A DNA stretch of 64,000 bases, taken from the NCBI GenBank assembly GCA_001643675.2, contig LSRY02000060.1:62001-126000 (forward strand). Direction: 5' to 3'. Below are positions 24,629 to 38,186 of the stretch, one piece after another. Below the pieces are notes generated by a model that was not told the origin of the DNA, made no database searches, and saw only the letters and a list, made by a program, of their open reading frames with translations. Source of the DNA: Monocercomonoides exilis PA203. Taxonomy: Eukaryota > Protista > Preaxostyla. Positions within the stretch are counted from its first letter, which is position 1; each line of letters begins with the position of its first letter. Made by a program: the position numbers and the translations under genes.

Positions 24629-26686
24629 GGGTCAGTTATTTATCGTGACCTTTTTTTTAACGGTGCCGAAATATTTAAATATAAAATTAAAATTCCCACT
24701 TTTAATATATTTATTAACATTATCAGTTTATAAGCAAACCCTGAAAATTTAGATGATTTCATTTGAATACGAAGCCTATTTCCATTGGGGGGGGGGGAGA
24801 TGGAGGGGTGAATCCCTTCCATCGAAAAAAATAAATAAATAGGTGGGTGACAAGGGGTATAAAACCATTTAAATTCGTATTGAATGTAAATAAAAATTTT
24901 ATTTCAATGAAAATTGAAAATTTAAATTAATAAATTAATAAATTGGACTTAAGATCATAACCATAATAAAAAAATGAAAATTGCTGTGGAACAAAAGAGA
25001 ATTGCTGGACAAAGGAAATTACGTGCTGTAATGAAATCTTTCGATTACAGAAGGATTGACAATCGGCTGGAACGGATAGCGCGCATTGTGGTTGATGGAG
25101 TTGTCAGGATAACAGACGCTATATACTCCATGGAATTCTCACGAAAAAGGATCAAAAACGCTGTTCGGGCGCTGAGAAGCAAAAGGGTGGTTTCAAAAGT
25201 TGGAAGACCGCAATTTGTTATAGGAGACAAAGAACAAATTGTGTTGGATGAAATTACCATTGAATCAAGATGTGGAAGCTGTTTGCCTTTTTGGAAAGTT
25301 CGCGAACTGGTTCGAAGTTCTTTAATTATTAATAATTCTAATAAATATATTCGATGGATATTGTGATTAATGATACAGATGACGAAGACGCCAAATTCAT
25401 TAACATTTCAATGGAAACGGCTTGCCAATTTGTGAAGCGCCATCCAGAGCTGAAGAGAAGTTCGCCGAAAAATGTTGATGTTAATCGCCTTGCGGTGTCG
25501 TGCCAAAGTGTTCTGCAGCCCTGGTATTCATTATTGGACGGTCTGCATGAAAAAAATGAATACTGCAAAAAACTAATATTCAACATGGATGAGTCATTAA
25601 TGAGAGTTCCAGCCACTTCAAAGCTGAACATGGTTCATCCAAAAAATGAAAATCCAGGATTTTTCAAAGAACTACCTGAAATGACAAATTCTTCTCTTGT
25701 TGCTGCTGTGGCTGCTGATGAATTTGCACTTCCTTTTGCGATTCAATGGCCTAGCAAGAGTCTTCCTGATGAAATGAAGACGCTGCTGTCAGAGACTCTG
25801 GATATCTGGCCGAACGGAAGTGGTTGGATGGGCTGCAATCAATTCAAAAAGAACGCACTTACAACACTTCTTCAAGGAATTATCGATCGCAGAAAGCGCA
25901 TGTCACTGGAAAACTCTCGCTGCTTGTTTCTCATCGACTCATCCATTTCTCGAGCAGATCCTACGATCTGGAGAGAACTTCAAAAAGAAAATATCGACGT
26001 CGTCACCTTCATTCCTCACAGCACACATATCGCACAGCCTCTTGACAGAAAAGTCTTCGCTGTTCTCTAAACATAACTGCAAACAAAATGTGATCCTCCA
26101 TTTTCGTGGACATCTTCATTAAAAAGAACAACTCTTGTAGATGTTCTCCCTTAAGCAATTCATTACGCCCTCTCACCTGCTGTCATTAAAAAAGCCTTCG
26201 CAACGAGTGGAGTTCTTCATAACGAATCTGGGCCGATTCTCATGAAGCCTCCAGAAACATCGGAATATCAATTTTCAACTCATTCAAACAGATTCGACTT
26301 CTATGGCAAGTTAATTACTGATGAGAAGCTGCTGAATGATTGGAGTGAACATTTAGGAATTAAAGAAGAAGAAAAAGTTGAAAAAGAAGAAAAAGTTGAC
26401 GATGAAAAGAATTCTTCTAAAGAAATGAAAAAAGAAGAGCAAAAAGACGATAATGAGTTTGAATCTTTGGTTGAAATGAAAAAAATAAAGAGAAAATTTG
26501 AAGTGAAAGAAGATGATCATGAAAATGAAAAGGAAGAAATCAATGGAATTGAAAGAAAAAAAGGAAAAAGAAAAGTTATTCGAAAATTTATTTCGTCATT
26601 TATGTTTTTTTTATTTTTACAAAATTTTTTTTCACATCAAAAAAAAGGTCCCAATAAAAAAAAGGGTCCCGATAAATAACTGACCC
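24629..26686 (+). mobile_element. Pogo-like DD35D DNA transposon B, 2058 bp, transposase inactivated
   Basis: TA|GGGTCAGTTATTTATCGTGACC ... GGTCCCGATAAATAACTGACCC|TA. Transposase from ATG 24974, intron donor 25310 with expected acceptor read as CG at 25352-53; IFNMDES, FLIDSS, HIAQPLD; stops at 26068, 26074 and 26152. Confidence 0.92.
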
Positions 26687-27154
26687 TACATGATTTTGTA
26701 GAACAAAGATTTATCTTTTTGTTTGATTATCAATGTTGTCTTTTTAACTTTAATTGAGATGTATTTGTTTAATATTTAAAAATTATTCGTTTGAAATAAT
26801 GAAGATTGATGTATTAAATGCGTTTGAAAAAATCAATGATGTTTAATAATGTTATACATACATATTGATAATAAAAATAATTATAATAAAGCTAATGAAA
26901 ATAAAATTCAAAATCAAAACAGAATCTGTGTAGAAATATTATGAATAATAATAATAATAATAATAATTATCGTAACTTAATTCTTGCGTTTCACCATCGC
27001 TTCAAATTAAAGCAACCTTCTTATTCCGATTACACATTTATACATCGTCTCAAAAGGAATAATTTTCGAACTCAAAAAAAAAAAAAAAATAAAAGTGAAA
27101 AAAAAAAAGGGAAAAAAAAAAAAATAAAAGCTTTAATGTGAATTAAGAAAATAA

Positions 27155-30137
27155 CTAATACTTAGAAAGACGATTATAGTCTCTCTTTTTTCGACGAACA
27201 CAAAAGATAATGATAAATGTTCCAACACAAATTACAGCGACAAAAGCAATTACAATCAGAACTATTGCAAAAGTTGGAAACATTTCTTTTGCAATAAAAA
27301 TTTTCACTCCGTCCGACCAGCTTTCGCCTCCATCAACAGAAACATGTAAAATCACAAACAATGGATTTGAATCTTCAAAATTCGAAATATCTATTTCTCC
27401 TTTTGAATAAAATTTAAATTGAGAAGTGCTGTTTGACTCCTTCTTTGATTCCAATTCAACTGAAATTCCTTCTTTTGAGTTTTCATCTGTTCGCTCGCTT
27501 TTCCCAATCCACAAAACTGGTGTTTTTAAAGGATACAAGTAATAACCTTTGAATTCTATTTGTGGAAAAAGCAATGGCTTCTTTCGCAATATAGAAGAAT
27601 AGTTTGGTTCGATGCGCGTTGCTGGGAAGAATTCGCATTTTAATGCTTGAGTGCTTGACGTTGAATGTCTTTTGCAGCTTTCATCGCACAGCCACTGCGG
27701 GCGAACATTATTTGGGTTTGTAACATCAATCAGCGAGGTTTCACAAGAAATGTCAACTAAAACAAACATGTTATCGTCATCTTTCTCAATGTTATTCATG
27801 AACATGTCATTATCGCTTTTAACTTTTGAACCTTTCGCTGCATAAATTGCTGCATGAGTATTGTTTGAATATTCTGTAGACGAAGAAGAAAGAAGGTACT
27901 CGCTTTGTTCATCTGATACAGCTGAGATTTCCAAGTCATTCGCTCCAGCAATCGATATTGCGCTTCCACAAGGCATCACAGGCCAGTCATATGCATTTGT
28001 TGAAACTGAACTATTGCTTTCAATTTTCGCTTTGCATTCGTTTAATGAAAATTTGGAATTTGTTATTGAATGCAAATATCTAGCTTCATTCTTCAACATT
28101 TTTCATCTCTGAATCGCAGTTTCGCTGTGAAAACATATTTCGCTGTTGCTAGCTGAATTTCTGTTCTTCTTCTCGCGAATCATAAGTGCTCCTCCGTCTG
28201 TGCTTGCTTTGTTTCCAGTAAAATTGCTTTTGTCTATCGATAACTTCTTTCGCTGTGTTCCGTCGCACTCAAACGTTTCAAGAAAGATGGCTCCTCCTTC
28301 TGCGGCTAAGCAATTGGAGATGCTGCAACCGATAATACATATCGAAATATATGAATCAGAAGAAGGTAAATTGTGAGAAATAGTTGAGTCAGGACAAGTC
28401 ATAAAATTTGAGGTATTTTTCGGAATATAATCTGCAACAAAAATTGCTTCTCCGCGTCCGCTTTTATCGGTATTTCCAACTTGAATAGCTGTGCATTTTT
28501 CAATTGTAACATCTCTTAATTCAACTGATTTTACATCCAGATTCACAAAGATAGCGCCTCCACTCGCTCCGTTTAGCGAAATTAACTTTGTGCAATTTAG
28601 AAACAACAAATCTGCGCATTCAATAACAACTCCGCCACTACGTTCGTCTGCAAGTGAGGTATGGTTCGCAATAACAACATTATCACCGTAATATCCCACT
28701 GTCAAATTCACGTTCTTCACTTTTCGTGCAAATATCATGGCACCAGAATTGTTTGGCTCATCTTTTTGTGAATGCTCACAATTTTTTTCGTTCCCTTCCA
28801 TTTTGCATTCTAATATTTTCAGCAAAGTCATCTCGTTTTGCCAATCTGCAATTGGTTCAGCTGCTACGCATCCTCCATCAGCCCCAAAACAATTCTCAAA
28901 AGAACAGCTGGAAATTGTCGTTTCATCAACGTCGGAACAAATGATTCCAGCGCTTGCAAGATTTGATGCCAGGTTCTTAAAAGAGCATCCCGCAACATCA
29001 AACTTGCTGAACCCCACAACATGCAAAAACACCTTTGAAACTTTTTCGTCCTTTTTCACCGCTTTCCATTCTCCTTCGAAACAGCAGCCCGAAACAAAGC
29101 ATGTTTGACCTTCTTTGATTCCCTTACCAAAAGCATAAAGGGAACTGCTCTGACTTCCGCACACGCCTGTTATGTTGCATTTTTTGCACACAATGGAACG
29201 CCTAGTGTATATGCGCCCACTAAAGTTTTGCTCCATTTTGGTTCTTATTCCTGAATTGCAATCAGAGAAAGTACACTCATATAACTCAATTGGTTTTTCT
29301 TCAGTTGCCATTTCTTCTCTGAATAAAGAAATAAACACTCCAGCTCCTCCTCCACCATCATTCCCCGAAGCTGCTTTTGTATCTCTAAATTCGCAATATT
29401 CAATTGAACATTCAACGACATTTCCGCCAATGAATAGCGCTCCTCCTTGTAACGCTGAGAGATTCTTGAAAACTGTAAACTCTATATATGCAGTGTAGAT
29501 ATCGTCAATGATAAGTCCGGCTCCTTTTCCATCTATGAAGCGATATTCAAAGCATGAATATATTGTTTTTGAATCTTTTTTGCATGAAGATATGAACAGT
29601 GTACTTGTACCATAAATTGACAAGAAGGATTCAATTGCTGGTTCGTTCCCTGTTCCAAGAAAAGTACAGCCCAAGATTTGCACGTATTGAACATTCCTTG
29701 CTTCGAGTATTGGAGATTTAGTAGTTGAAAATTAGCAATTTTTAAAGCTCACTCTTGAAAGAATAAAGAAAATAATATCAAAGAAGGTTTATCTTTTAAA
29801 TAAAAAATGCAAACCTGTGTATCTTATTGAAAGAAAGCAATGGACGAATTTCGTCTTGTGTCGAAAAAATGAAACTCTCATCAGAATTCTGTCTGAAATA
29901 AATATCAACTCCATCATTTTCATGGCTTGATGGCAGTTGTTCATCTTTAACATTTTCAGGAAATATTTCAACTTTTGATTCAGAGTCTAAAATCTCAAAC
30001 AACCCCGCAAATGTTTTACATGGAACCGAAATGTCAGAAAGGCAATCTGCATCATTACCGGAAGAAAATTTCAGCGAAAGAGTTGTCAAATCCATCGTGG
30101 TTAAATGGACAATAAATCCAATTGTTAAAAAAAGCAT
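27155..30137 (-). pseudogene. Type I membrane beta-helix (GGAI-repeat) surface protein with two premature stops
   Basis: ATG 30137 with signal-peptide-like start; 61-nt intron 29814-29754 restores frame; in-frame TAA 29734-29732 and TGA 28105-28103; GGALF/GGAIF/GGALM repeats; C-terminal TM helix and tail RRKKRDYNRLSKY. Confidence 0.8.
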
Positions 30138-30477
30138 TAAATCACTCAAATGATTTTGATATATATTCTACGCAAGCTAAATTAATGAACCATTATAGCG
30201 TGATTTTCAAAGATTTTTTTAACGTTGAATCCCACCCATTTTATTTTAATAAAATTTCTAAACGTATTTTGATAATTTCCTAACTGGTAATCAAGATTGT
30301 GAATAATAACAATTATTAAATTATAATATGAATGTTGTATTCTATTTTTTAAATTTTTTCTTAATGATAATTGATATTTTCATATGATAATGTGTAACAA
30401 AAGTTCATTAAATATAATTAAAAAAAAATAAATTTTAATCACAGATTTAAATAATTTTTCTATTCTTTTCTTTCATT

Positions 30478-30479
<2 letters not shown>

Positions 30480-30532
<53 letters not shown>
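30480..30532. repeat. Poly(T) tract, ~53 nt
   Basis: Homopolymer read directly. Confidence 0.95.
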
Positions 30533-30540
30533 GAAAAATT

Positions 30541-30887
30541 CAGATACTGTATAAAATACCTATCATCGCACAAAACAACGGACAAGATCGATAATAAATA
30601 TATGCAAACTCATTTGATATACAAATCTTTCAAAATAGCTCCATTTGTGTTTACAGAAAATTATTTAAAAAATCTCGGAGAAACTCAAAATCATATTTCT
30701 CCGAGAAATAAATAATAATTTTGTGTGAGCACAAATGGAGCTATTTTGAAAGATTTGTATATCAAATGAGTTTGCATTGTTGAGATATATTTTGAGGAAA
30801 ATTACCAGAATTATTACTCTTGCGGTTATTGAGATATCGATCTTGTCAGGTATTTTGTGCGATGTCAGGTATTTTATGCGATATCTG
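30541..30887. mobile_element. Foldback MITE, 347 bp
   Basis: Outer ~53-bp imperfect IR (CAGATA...TATCTG|TA); perfect 48-bp IR 30602-30649/30730-30777; central 11-bp IR 30673-30683/30696-30706. Confidence 0.85.
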
Positions 30888-32361
30888 TATATGGTATTCA
30901 TTGAAATAGAATAAAATTTATATGGCATGATTTCATTTATTATATAACTGTTTTTTATGATAATGATTTTGTGTGGAAACGTTTTCTCATGAAATCGAAA
31001 TAATTTGAAAAATCTTATTTTTCAAATTATTAATGGGATACGATCAAAATAATTATTATTGTTGTTAAAAATCATAAAACCGAGATCCGGTTGTGCAAAA
31101 GATAAAAAAACGTTTTCAATGATTGAGATGTTTATTTAGGAAATGGAAAGGTGAAAATTGCTTCGGGATACATCCTTCTTATGAAATTGGAATAAAGAAA
31201 AATAAAAAAATAGTATTTATTATTTTTGTCAAAAACATATTTCCTCAAACTTTTTTCACACAGCACGTGCTTTAAACAACATATATAATTAGAATATAGT
31301 GTTATTAGTGAAATTTGCAAAATGCTATATTGCACTATTATACCCATTTGAGTGATGTTTTTCAAAAATAGGATCAAAAATTTAAAAAATTGATTCATTG
31401 ATTTTTTTTATAAAAAAAAAGTCTTCTTTGAGAAATAATATATTATTGATTAAAAAAATGGGGCAAAATATTTTGCTCCAAGCATTTTCATTGAAAAATT
31501 ATAAACTTTTCATTGAATATTTTTTATCAAAAAATATTATAAAAATGGTTCTATTTTTTTGACAAATTCAGAATGTCACAAAACTTTTTGTTTTAATTTC
31601 AACGATGTCTGTTTACGGATATGTAAATCCAAATTTTTTAGAAATCTGAGACAGCGAAACAAAGTTAGAAGCGAAACATTTTTTTCATGCTTTGTGCATA
31701 AAAAGCTTGAATGTCCGTATTTTCCCCCAAATAACATGAAATTTTCTGAAATCCATTCTCGAAATTAATTAATATTTACAGTTATAAATTATTTTCGAAA
31801 TTGAAATATCCATTTTCGAATTTGAATTATTCTTTTTCGAAATTGAATAACGATTGGTGTATATTCGAAAAAAATTTTCATAAAAAAGGCAGTTTTGGTT
31901 ATATTTTTGTTATTTAAATATGACATTTTAAAGGGAAAAATGGATTATGAATATAACCGATCTTCAGTTGGGGCAAAATATTTGAATCAATGAAAAATAT
32001 AATAATTTGTTCCAAACAATTTCTGCAATTGAAAAATTGAAATTCTGGCATTATCGTGCCAAATGAAACATAGAAATATAAAAAGCTTGAGAAAAATATT
32101 TGTTTGAGGAGAATGTGACTAAATTTTCATTGCAAAAAATTTCTTCCCACTTTATATGATAAGAAAAAATTCGAAAATAACTCCTATTAAGGTAAAATGA
32201 TCAATGGGACTATTTTTTTCCAGTTCACCCGGAAAAGCACATGACGTTATCTCTGCTTCAGCTACAATTCTCTGTGCAGCAGCATCGTTTGTACTCGTTT
32301 ATTATCCTTCTTATTGAAGCACTTTTCCACACAAACTGAACATGACGTTTTGACAATTAGA

Positions 32362-33821
32362 ATGAAACAGGGTTCTGCAAAATTGACCAAAGACGAAAAC
32401 CGAGAAACGGCTATTACGTATATGTTTACAAGTTTGTTCATCTTCCCTTTTGATTTAATTGCTGTGAAATTTCGTGTATTTTAATGAATTTTTTCAATCT
32501 TATCAGAATTGTTTTCCGAACTGGAATATTGCATCGAAGATGAGCAAAAGCAGAAAATAAAAGAGATGAATGAAGTAATGGAACAGATGGATAAAGATGA
32601 ATTAAAATCAGTTTTCACGAAAGAACTGTTTGACAAAATATCCAAAATGATCGTAGAAAAGAAAATTTCAGTGGAAAAAGCCATTCTGGTGTTGAAACAC
32701 ATGGGATATTTGAAAATGCTGAAAAGCATTAGCAGCTTAAGGAATGGTGCATGTATATTGTGCGCGCGATTTGAGATTATGATTGAAAAAGAAGAGAAGA
32801 AAAAAAAAGAAAAGGATGAAAATCTGCTGATTGATCTTTACGAATGCTGCCTTTTGCTTGAAGATGGAATCGTTTCGAAATTGTTGCAAGTCTGTGTGCC
32901 TTGTCTTCTGAAAGCTGCATTGAAGAAAGAGGAAAACGAGGAAACGCAAAAAGAAGTGGAAACGGCTTTGTTGGCATTGAGTTGCATTGATGAATATACT
33001 GTATGAGCATTTCTATTTCCTTTTTGATATTATTGTTTTTTCACTTGTTTTTTTGCAAGAGAATAAAAAAAAAGCTGTATTTAAATGAGATCAAGGAGAT
33101 AATCCAATATCATCAGGAGCACCACAACTTAACACAACTTGCTTATCAGTCAGCGTGGAAGTTTTTGATATACAGGCTTTATTATGAAAGAAGTTTGGAA
33201 GATGTTGTTGTAAACGAGCTTCATTTTATGAGGGAAGCAATAAAGGAACTGAAAGAGCTGATGAAATGTATTGATGATAAGAGAAAAGACGAAAAAAGAA
33301 TAAAAGAAACAAATGTGAATGAAATGATAAGGAAATGGCTGGAATATATTAGGGGTCTTCATTGCTTCTTCCGTTTCCACGACAAAGAGAAAGTCGATTT
33401 GACTGGGTGCATTGTTAAGCTTTGCAGGGCAACAAGAGATGGGCACACAGAATTTACTCAATTTTGTTTGACATTTTTTGATAATATTGTCAGTGACCTG
33501 CTGGTTTTATCTGTTGATGTATTGCTGCAGAACAATATTTTTGATCTTTTTATGGAAGAAATTCAAAAAGCATCGCTTGAAGACAAGATTGTGTGGAACA
33601 GTTTGCGAATATTTATTGAAATTTCAAGAAGATTGAGGAGAAATATGTATCTCAGAGCAGAAGAAGCTAAAAGAAAGATTACAATAAGGGGGTTGCTTGA
33701 AAAGATGGAAGAAGAAGGATATGAAGATACCATCACAAGCTTTCGTGTGCTAATTCCTTTTTTTGACAAAAAATTTTGTCGACTGTCGTTGGACATTAAT
33801 GATTATTTTGTGAATATTTAA
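32362..33821 (+). CDS. Lineage-specific alpha-helical multigene family protein, copy 4 (3 exons, ~441 aa)
   Basis: Exons 32362-32431, 32507-33000, 33060-33821; introns 75 and 59 nt; family motifs present. Confidence 0.86.
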
Positions 33822-35251
33822 CCAAATTCTTTTCGTTTGATTTTGTGAATGTTTTACAAATTTCTTTTTATTTGATTTTGTGACTTTAACATTATTTTTT
33901 TCTTTTGAAACTGTTTCCTTTATAAGCAAACTGTTATTTGCGTTCTCTTTCAATTGAAAGTTTTTGATGAATTATTTAATGCATAATCAGCTAATGATGT
34001 AAATGTTCGAGGAACCGAGAGATATCGATTTTTGTAACTCAAAAATTATTATTTTTTTCTTTTGTTTGAGTTTTTTTTCTGTTGTAGGAAATAAAAAAAT
34101 TAATGAGTATTTTCAAATGATGTTTTTGCTTTCTTTTTCAAAAAAGAAAAATGAAAATTCTTTTCTGTTTGTTCCATCAAGAATCTTCTTTGAATGGATT
34201 ATTGCTCTCCATTTTCTTCAAAAAACAAGTTTCATATTTTTGTCAAATGTTCAATTGTTCAGTTATTGCTTCTTGGATTATCAGGTTTGTTCTGTTAATT
34301 CTCTTTCTTGCTGCATTTTCAATGAATTCAAAAAGGAAAAAAGAGAAGAACGAAATGACAGTTCATGAGAAGAAGGTGAGAGAAATGAAGAGCAAATGTT
34401 TGCGATTGAAAACAGATTTCAGCATCATTTGTGCAGAATTATACAGCAATAAATCTGACAATGAAGAAGAAGCATTACAATGCAATTCAAAAACAGGTTG
34501 AATGAAGAAGTTTCATGATTGAATTCTCTTTTTCTCTTTCTCTTTTCTCTTTTCTCTTTTGCTCAAAATCTTTCTTTGTTGTTCAACTGACTATCGTATC
34601 ACTGCTTTTCACATCCAATTCATTCATCGTCTAAAAGCTACAGAATGTTCATAAATCTGAGGTGCACGTTGGTTTCTTTGAAGAAACAGAAGGAAGAAGA
34701 AGAAGAATCTTTAGAGGCATTATTCGTGTTCTCTTTCAATGGTTCAGAAGAAACGGCCATTGCAGATGAGATAGAAGAGATAGACGAGACAGAAGAAGAG
34801 AGCGAGCTGCTGTTGGATGCAGCAGACACAGTCGAAAGAGAACGTATTAACTTGTCCAGAAAGAGAGACTGTCTGTGTGTTATCGATTACTCCGTCTTCG
34901 GTGCAAACAGCCTCTGCTTCTTGTCTCTCTCTTCTGCTGATGCTCGCATCTTCCGAAGAAGGCAAAGAAGAAGACGATCTACTTCTCGTGTTCATCGTAC
35001 AGAAACAGCAGCAGCTCCTTCATGCTCCGAGCATCTGACGGTTTTGCTGGCACATGCATCTTTCCTCCTTCCTTCAGCTTGTCTCGCTAATTTTCTTGTA
35101 AGCACAACGATTTGAATTCGAGATTTTGGTTTGTCAGTTGCAACAGATCGGAAAAAATCTCACTCAAAATAACAAGAACTTTTGCAAATCAACTGATTGA
35201 ATAATTTATAACATCGCATTATTGCAATTGAGGGAAAAAAACGAATTTCTT

Positions 35252-36630
35252 CTATTCGAATATTCCCTTTCCGAAATACACCACAGGGATATCAAAAAAG
35301 CCTCCTTCTTCCAATTTTTCATCCAACACCCTGCTAAGCATCTTCCATCTATTCTTATCATTTTCACAATTCTTTATGATACTTAATTTTTTTTTATATT
35401 CTGAAATTAAAAAAAGGCAGCATCTTAAAACCACGCTTTCCAGTGTAAGTTGGTTCATTCCACTGGCAATGAAATCTACAGCTCCAGCTCTCAAAAAGTC
35501 ATCAATGTTCATTTTTCCCATTGTTACCATATCAGTTATGATTATAATGTTCTTTAAAACAACATCACTGTGAAACCCATTCGCTTCTTTGCAAATTCTT
35601 GCAGTGCATCTAAATAGTCCAACAATCTCTTCTCGCCGATTATGATAGATTTTGTAAAAAATGTGAAGCGTTTTCATCCATCTTTTAATAGTCAATACTT
35701 TTTTCCATTCCTTTTCGCTTTTTTCTTTCGTCGTCCAATTCACAAAGCGTTCCAGATTTTCCAATTCCTGAGTTGCTTCTCTCATAAAATGAAGCTCATT
35801 TAAAATCAAGCCTTCTAATTTCCTTTCGTGATAATATCTGTTAATTAAGAATCCCCACGCAGACTGATATGCAAGTTGTGTTAGATTGTTATGCTCTTGA
35901 TGATATTTAATTATATTTGTTATCTCATTCAAATAGTAATCTGTTTGAACTTTCTGATAAGGTTTACAGGAAATTAATAAAAATGAGGGGTAAAAAAAGA
36001 TAACAGATCACACCACAAAATGTCCAATACTGCTCAATGCTAGTAAAGCATCTTCCACATCTTTTTGCGCTTTCTCGCTTTCCTCTTTGTTAATCGCAAC
36101 TTTCATTGGGCAAGGTACACAAATTTTGTGTGGCACATATCCAACTCCATAATCATAAAGCAAACAATAGCATTCACAAAGATCAAGTTTTATTTTTCCA
36201 TTCTTCTCGTCGTTCTCAATCAATTCTGAAAAACAATTGCTAAGAGCTGATTTTTTGAAGCCAGAAATCCTCAACCCTCTCAACGCTTTGCAGTATCCCA
36301 TGTGTTTCAACAATAGAATTAAATTTTTCATGGACAGTTTTTTGCACGTCACAATTTCGTACAATTCATCGAAGACTTCTTTCGTTAAAACAGTTCTTAA
36401 TTCGTTATCTTCAAAAGAATCCAATAACTGGTTCATTGTCATGATTTTTAAATTTTGATCCGAAATTTGGTAAACTCTCAATCGAGAAAACATTTCTGTT
36501 CAAAAAATGAAAATAAGATAAATGCAAAATGTCGAAAATATTAATTAGTTAATATGCTTAATTAATAAAAACTGTAAAATAATTTATTGAACATACCGCA
36601 AAATTCTTTTAAAAGAGGAGATTGCTGCAT
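35252..36630 (-). CDS. Lineage-specific alpha-helical multigene family protein, copy 5, most divergent (3 exons, ~405 aa)
   Basis: Exons 36630-36597, 36495-36014, 35953-35252; introns 101 and 60 nt; HQEHNNLTQLAYQSAW, EKLEEGGFFD. Confidence 0.83.
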
Positions 36631-37116
36631 TGACTTTCAAAGTTATTGCATTTTGAAGAAAAAAAATTATAGGATATTCATCATTTCAAAATCATAAATA
36701 TTCACCAAAAGAGCTCATTTTATTTTGTGTTAATTCAAAATCCAAAAGAATATCATCAGTCAGTTCAAAAATTTCATTGATTTTTTATATACGTAATAAA
36801 AAATTTAATTGTATTTTTTTTCAAAAAATATAAACAAATTATTCTGCAGCTGTCAATACTAATTTGATATTTAGATAAAAATTTGAAGTTAACTTTCTTT
36901 CTTCTTTCTTCTTCTTCACTTTCTCTTCTTCAATGCATTCTTCATTTTCTCCTCCTCCTCCTTCTCATTCTCGAAATATCCTTACTGCCTTTGCTGCTGC
37001 TCGTATTCGACTCAAAGAGAATATCCAATGCTGCTGAAATGGAAGAAGAAGAAGAAGAAGATGGAAAAGAAACAAAAGGATCAGAAGTGAATATAGCAGC
37101 GAACGAGACGAATATT

Positions 37117-37240
37117 CTCTTCCTCTCTTCCTCTCTTCCTCTCTTCCTCTCTTCCTCTCTTCCTCTCTTCCTCTCTTCCTCTCTTCCTCTCTTCCTCTCT
37201 TCCTCTCTTCCTCTCTTCCTCTCTTCCTCTCTTCCTCTCT
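37117..37240. repeat. (CTCTTCCT)n 8-bp tandem repeat, ~15 units
   Basis: Read directly; gives the REEERKRG repeat in the ORF track. Confidence 0.92.
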
Positions 37241-38070
37241 TCTTCCTCCTTCGCCTCCTCCATTTCCCACTGCTTCTTCTTCTTCTTCTTCTTCTTCTTC
37301 TTCTTCTTCTCTGCTACCACTTTTATCCGCAGAACAAACGTGCTTTCAACAATCTTCTCATCGCGTAGCTCCCGAAACACTGAAGATGATGTTGGCGCGG
37401 ATGGCTCAAATGGCTTGGGCTTTGTGTAGAGGCAGTCAAATGTGGTGGCAAGAAAAGTGCTCTGAAAAATTAATGCATGAGTATTGTTATGAAAATGAAA
37501 TTAAACAGATTAAAATAAAGGAAGAGAATTATCAAATTTGTTGAAAATTTTAAGAGAAATACATCATTTTTGGGGGGGGATAAAAAATATGAAAGTTTTT
37601 AATCTTTAAGTTTATCCATCAAAGAATATGGCTCAAAAATATTGTCTCTTTCTCTTTTAACTTTTTGCAAGATAACCACAAAAATACAATTGCAATCATT
37701 CTTCATCCTTCTTCAGGACACACCTTTTGCTTCTCGTCTGAAGGTGGAGCAAGCCTTTCTTAGTCTAATCAGCTTCGCCACCACCCTCTCCTCATCAACG
37801 TCTTCATACCGCAGACGCACAGGCAGGGCGGGTATTTCTTTGCGGAAATGTCCCAATCTGCAGCATTTTCGGGTTCTAAATGACACAATTCAGCTGCTCT
37901 GTGAAATGCTCCTCTTCTGTCCTCTCCAGCCCAATCTTCGCATTCGGATCTGCAAACACAAATGCATCTTCTTTTCGCAGAATGCAGCGCTTCCGCGGAG
38001 GGCTGCCTTATTCTTCTGATGGAGGGCGATACAGACACCGTGTTACGCCTGTAGTGGAAGGTGGGGTGGA

Positions 38071-38186
38071 GAAGAAGAAGAAGAAGAAGAAGAAGAAGAA
38101 GAAGAAGATGATGATGATGATGATGATGTAGAGGAGGAGGAGGAGGAGGAGGATGAGGAGGAGGATGAGGAGGATGAGGAGGAGGA
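38071..38186. repeat. Compound (GAA)n(GAT)n(GAG)n microsatellite
   Basis: Read directly. Confidence 0.92.

Noticed and set aside
24786-24822. G-run and small hairpin (GATGGAGGGG...CCCTTCCATC) in the 5' region of pogo B
   Set aside because: Not present in the related element C; no support for function.
28103-28105. TGA at a Cys-like position as selenocysteine
   Set aside because: The same gene also has a TAA stop, the context is a structural repeat, and no SECIS could be recognised.
30900-32240. AT-rich stretch with GGGGCAAAATATTT direct repeats (~31460, ~31970) and TTTCGAAATTGAA repeats (~31790-31850)
   Set aside because: Suggests a transposon remnant, but no convincing TIR pair or TSD was found.
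34600-38060. Short ORFs at 34645-35115 and 37330-38060
   Set aside because: Probably decayed gene fragments; no recognisable motif or consistent exon model.
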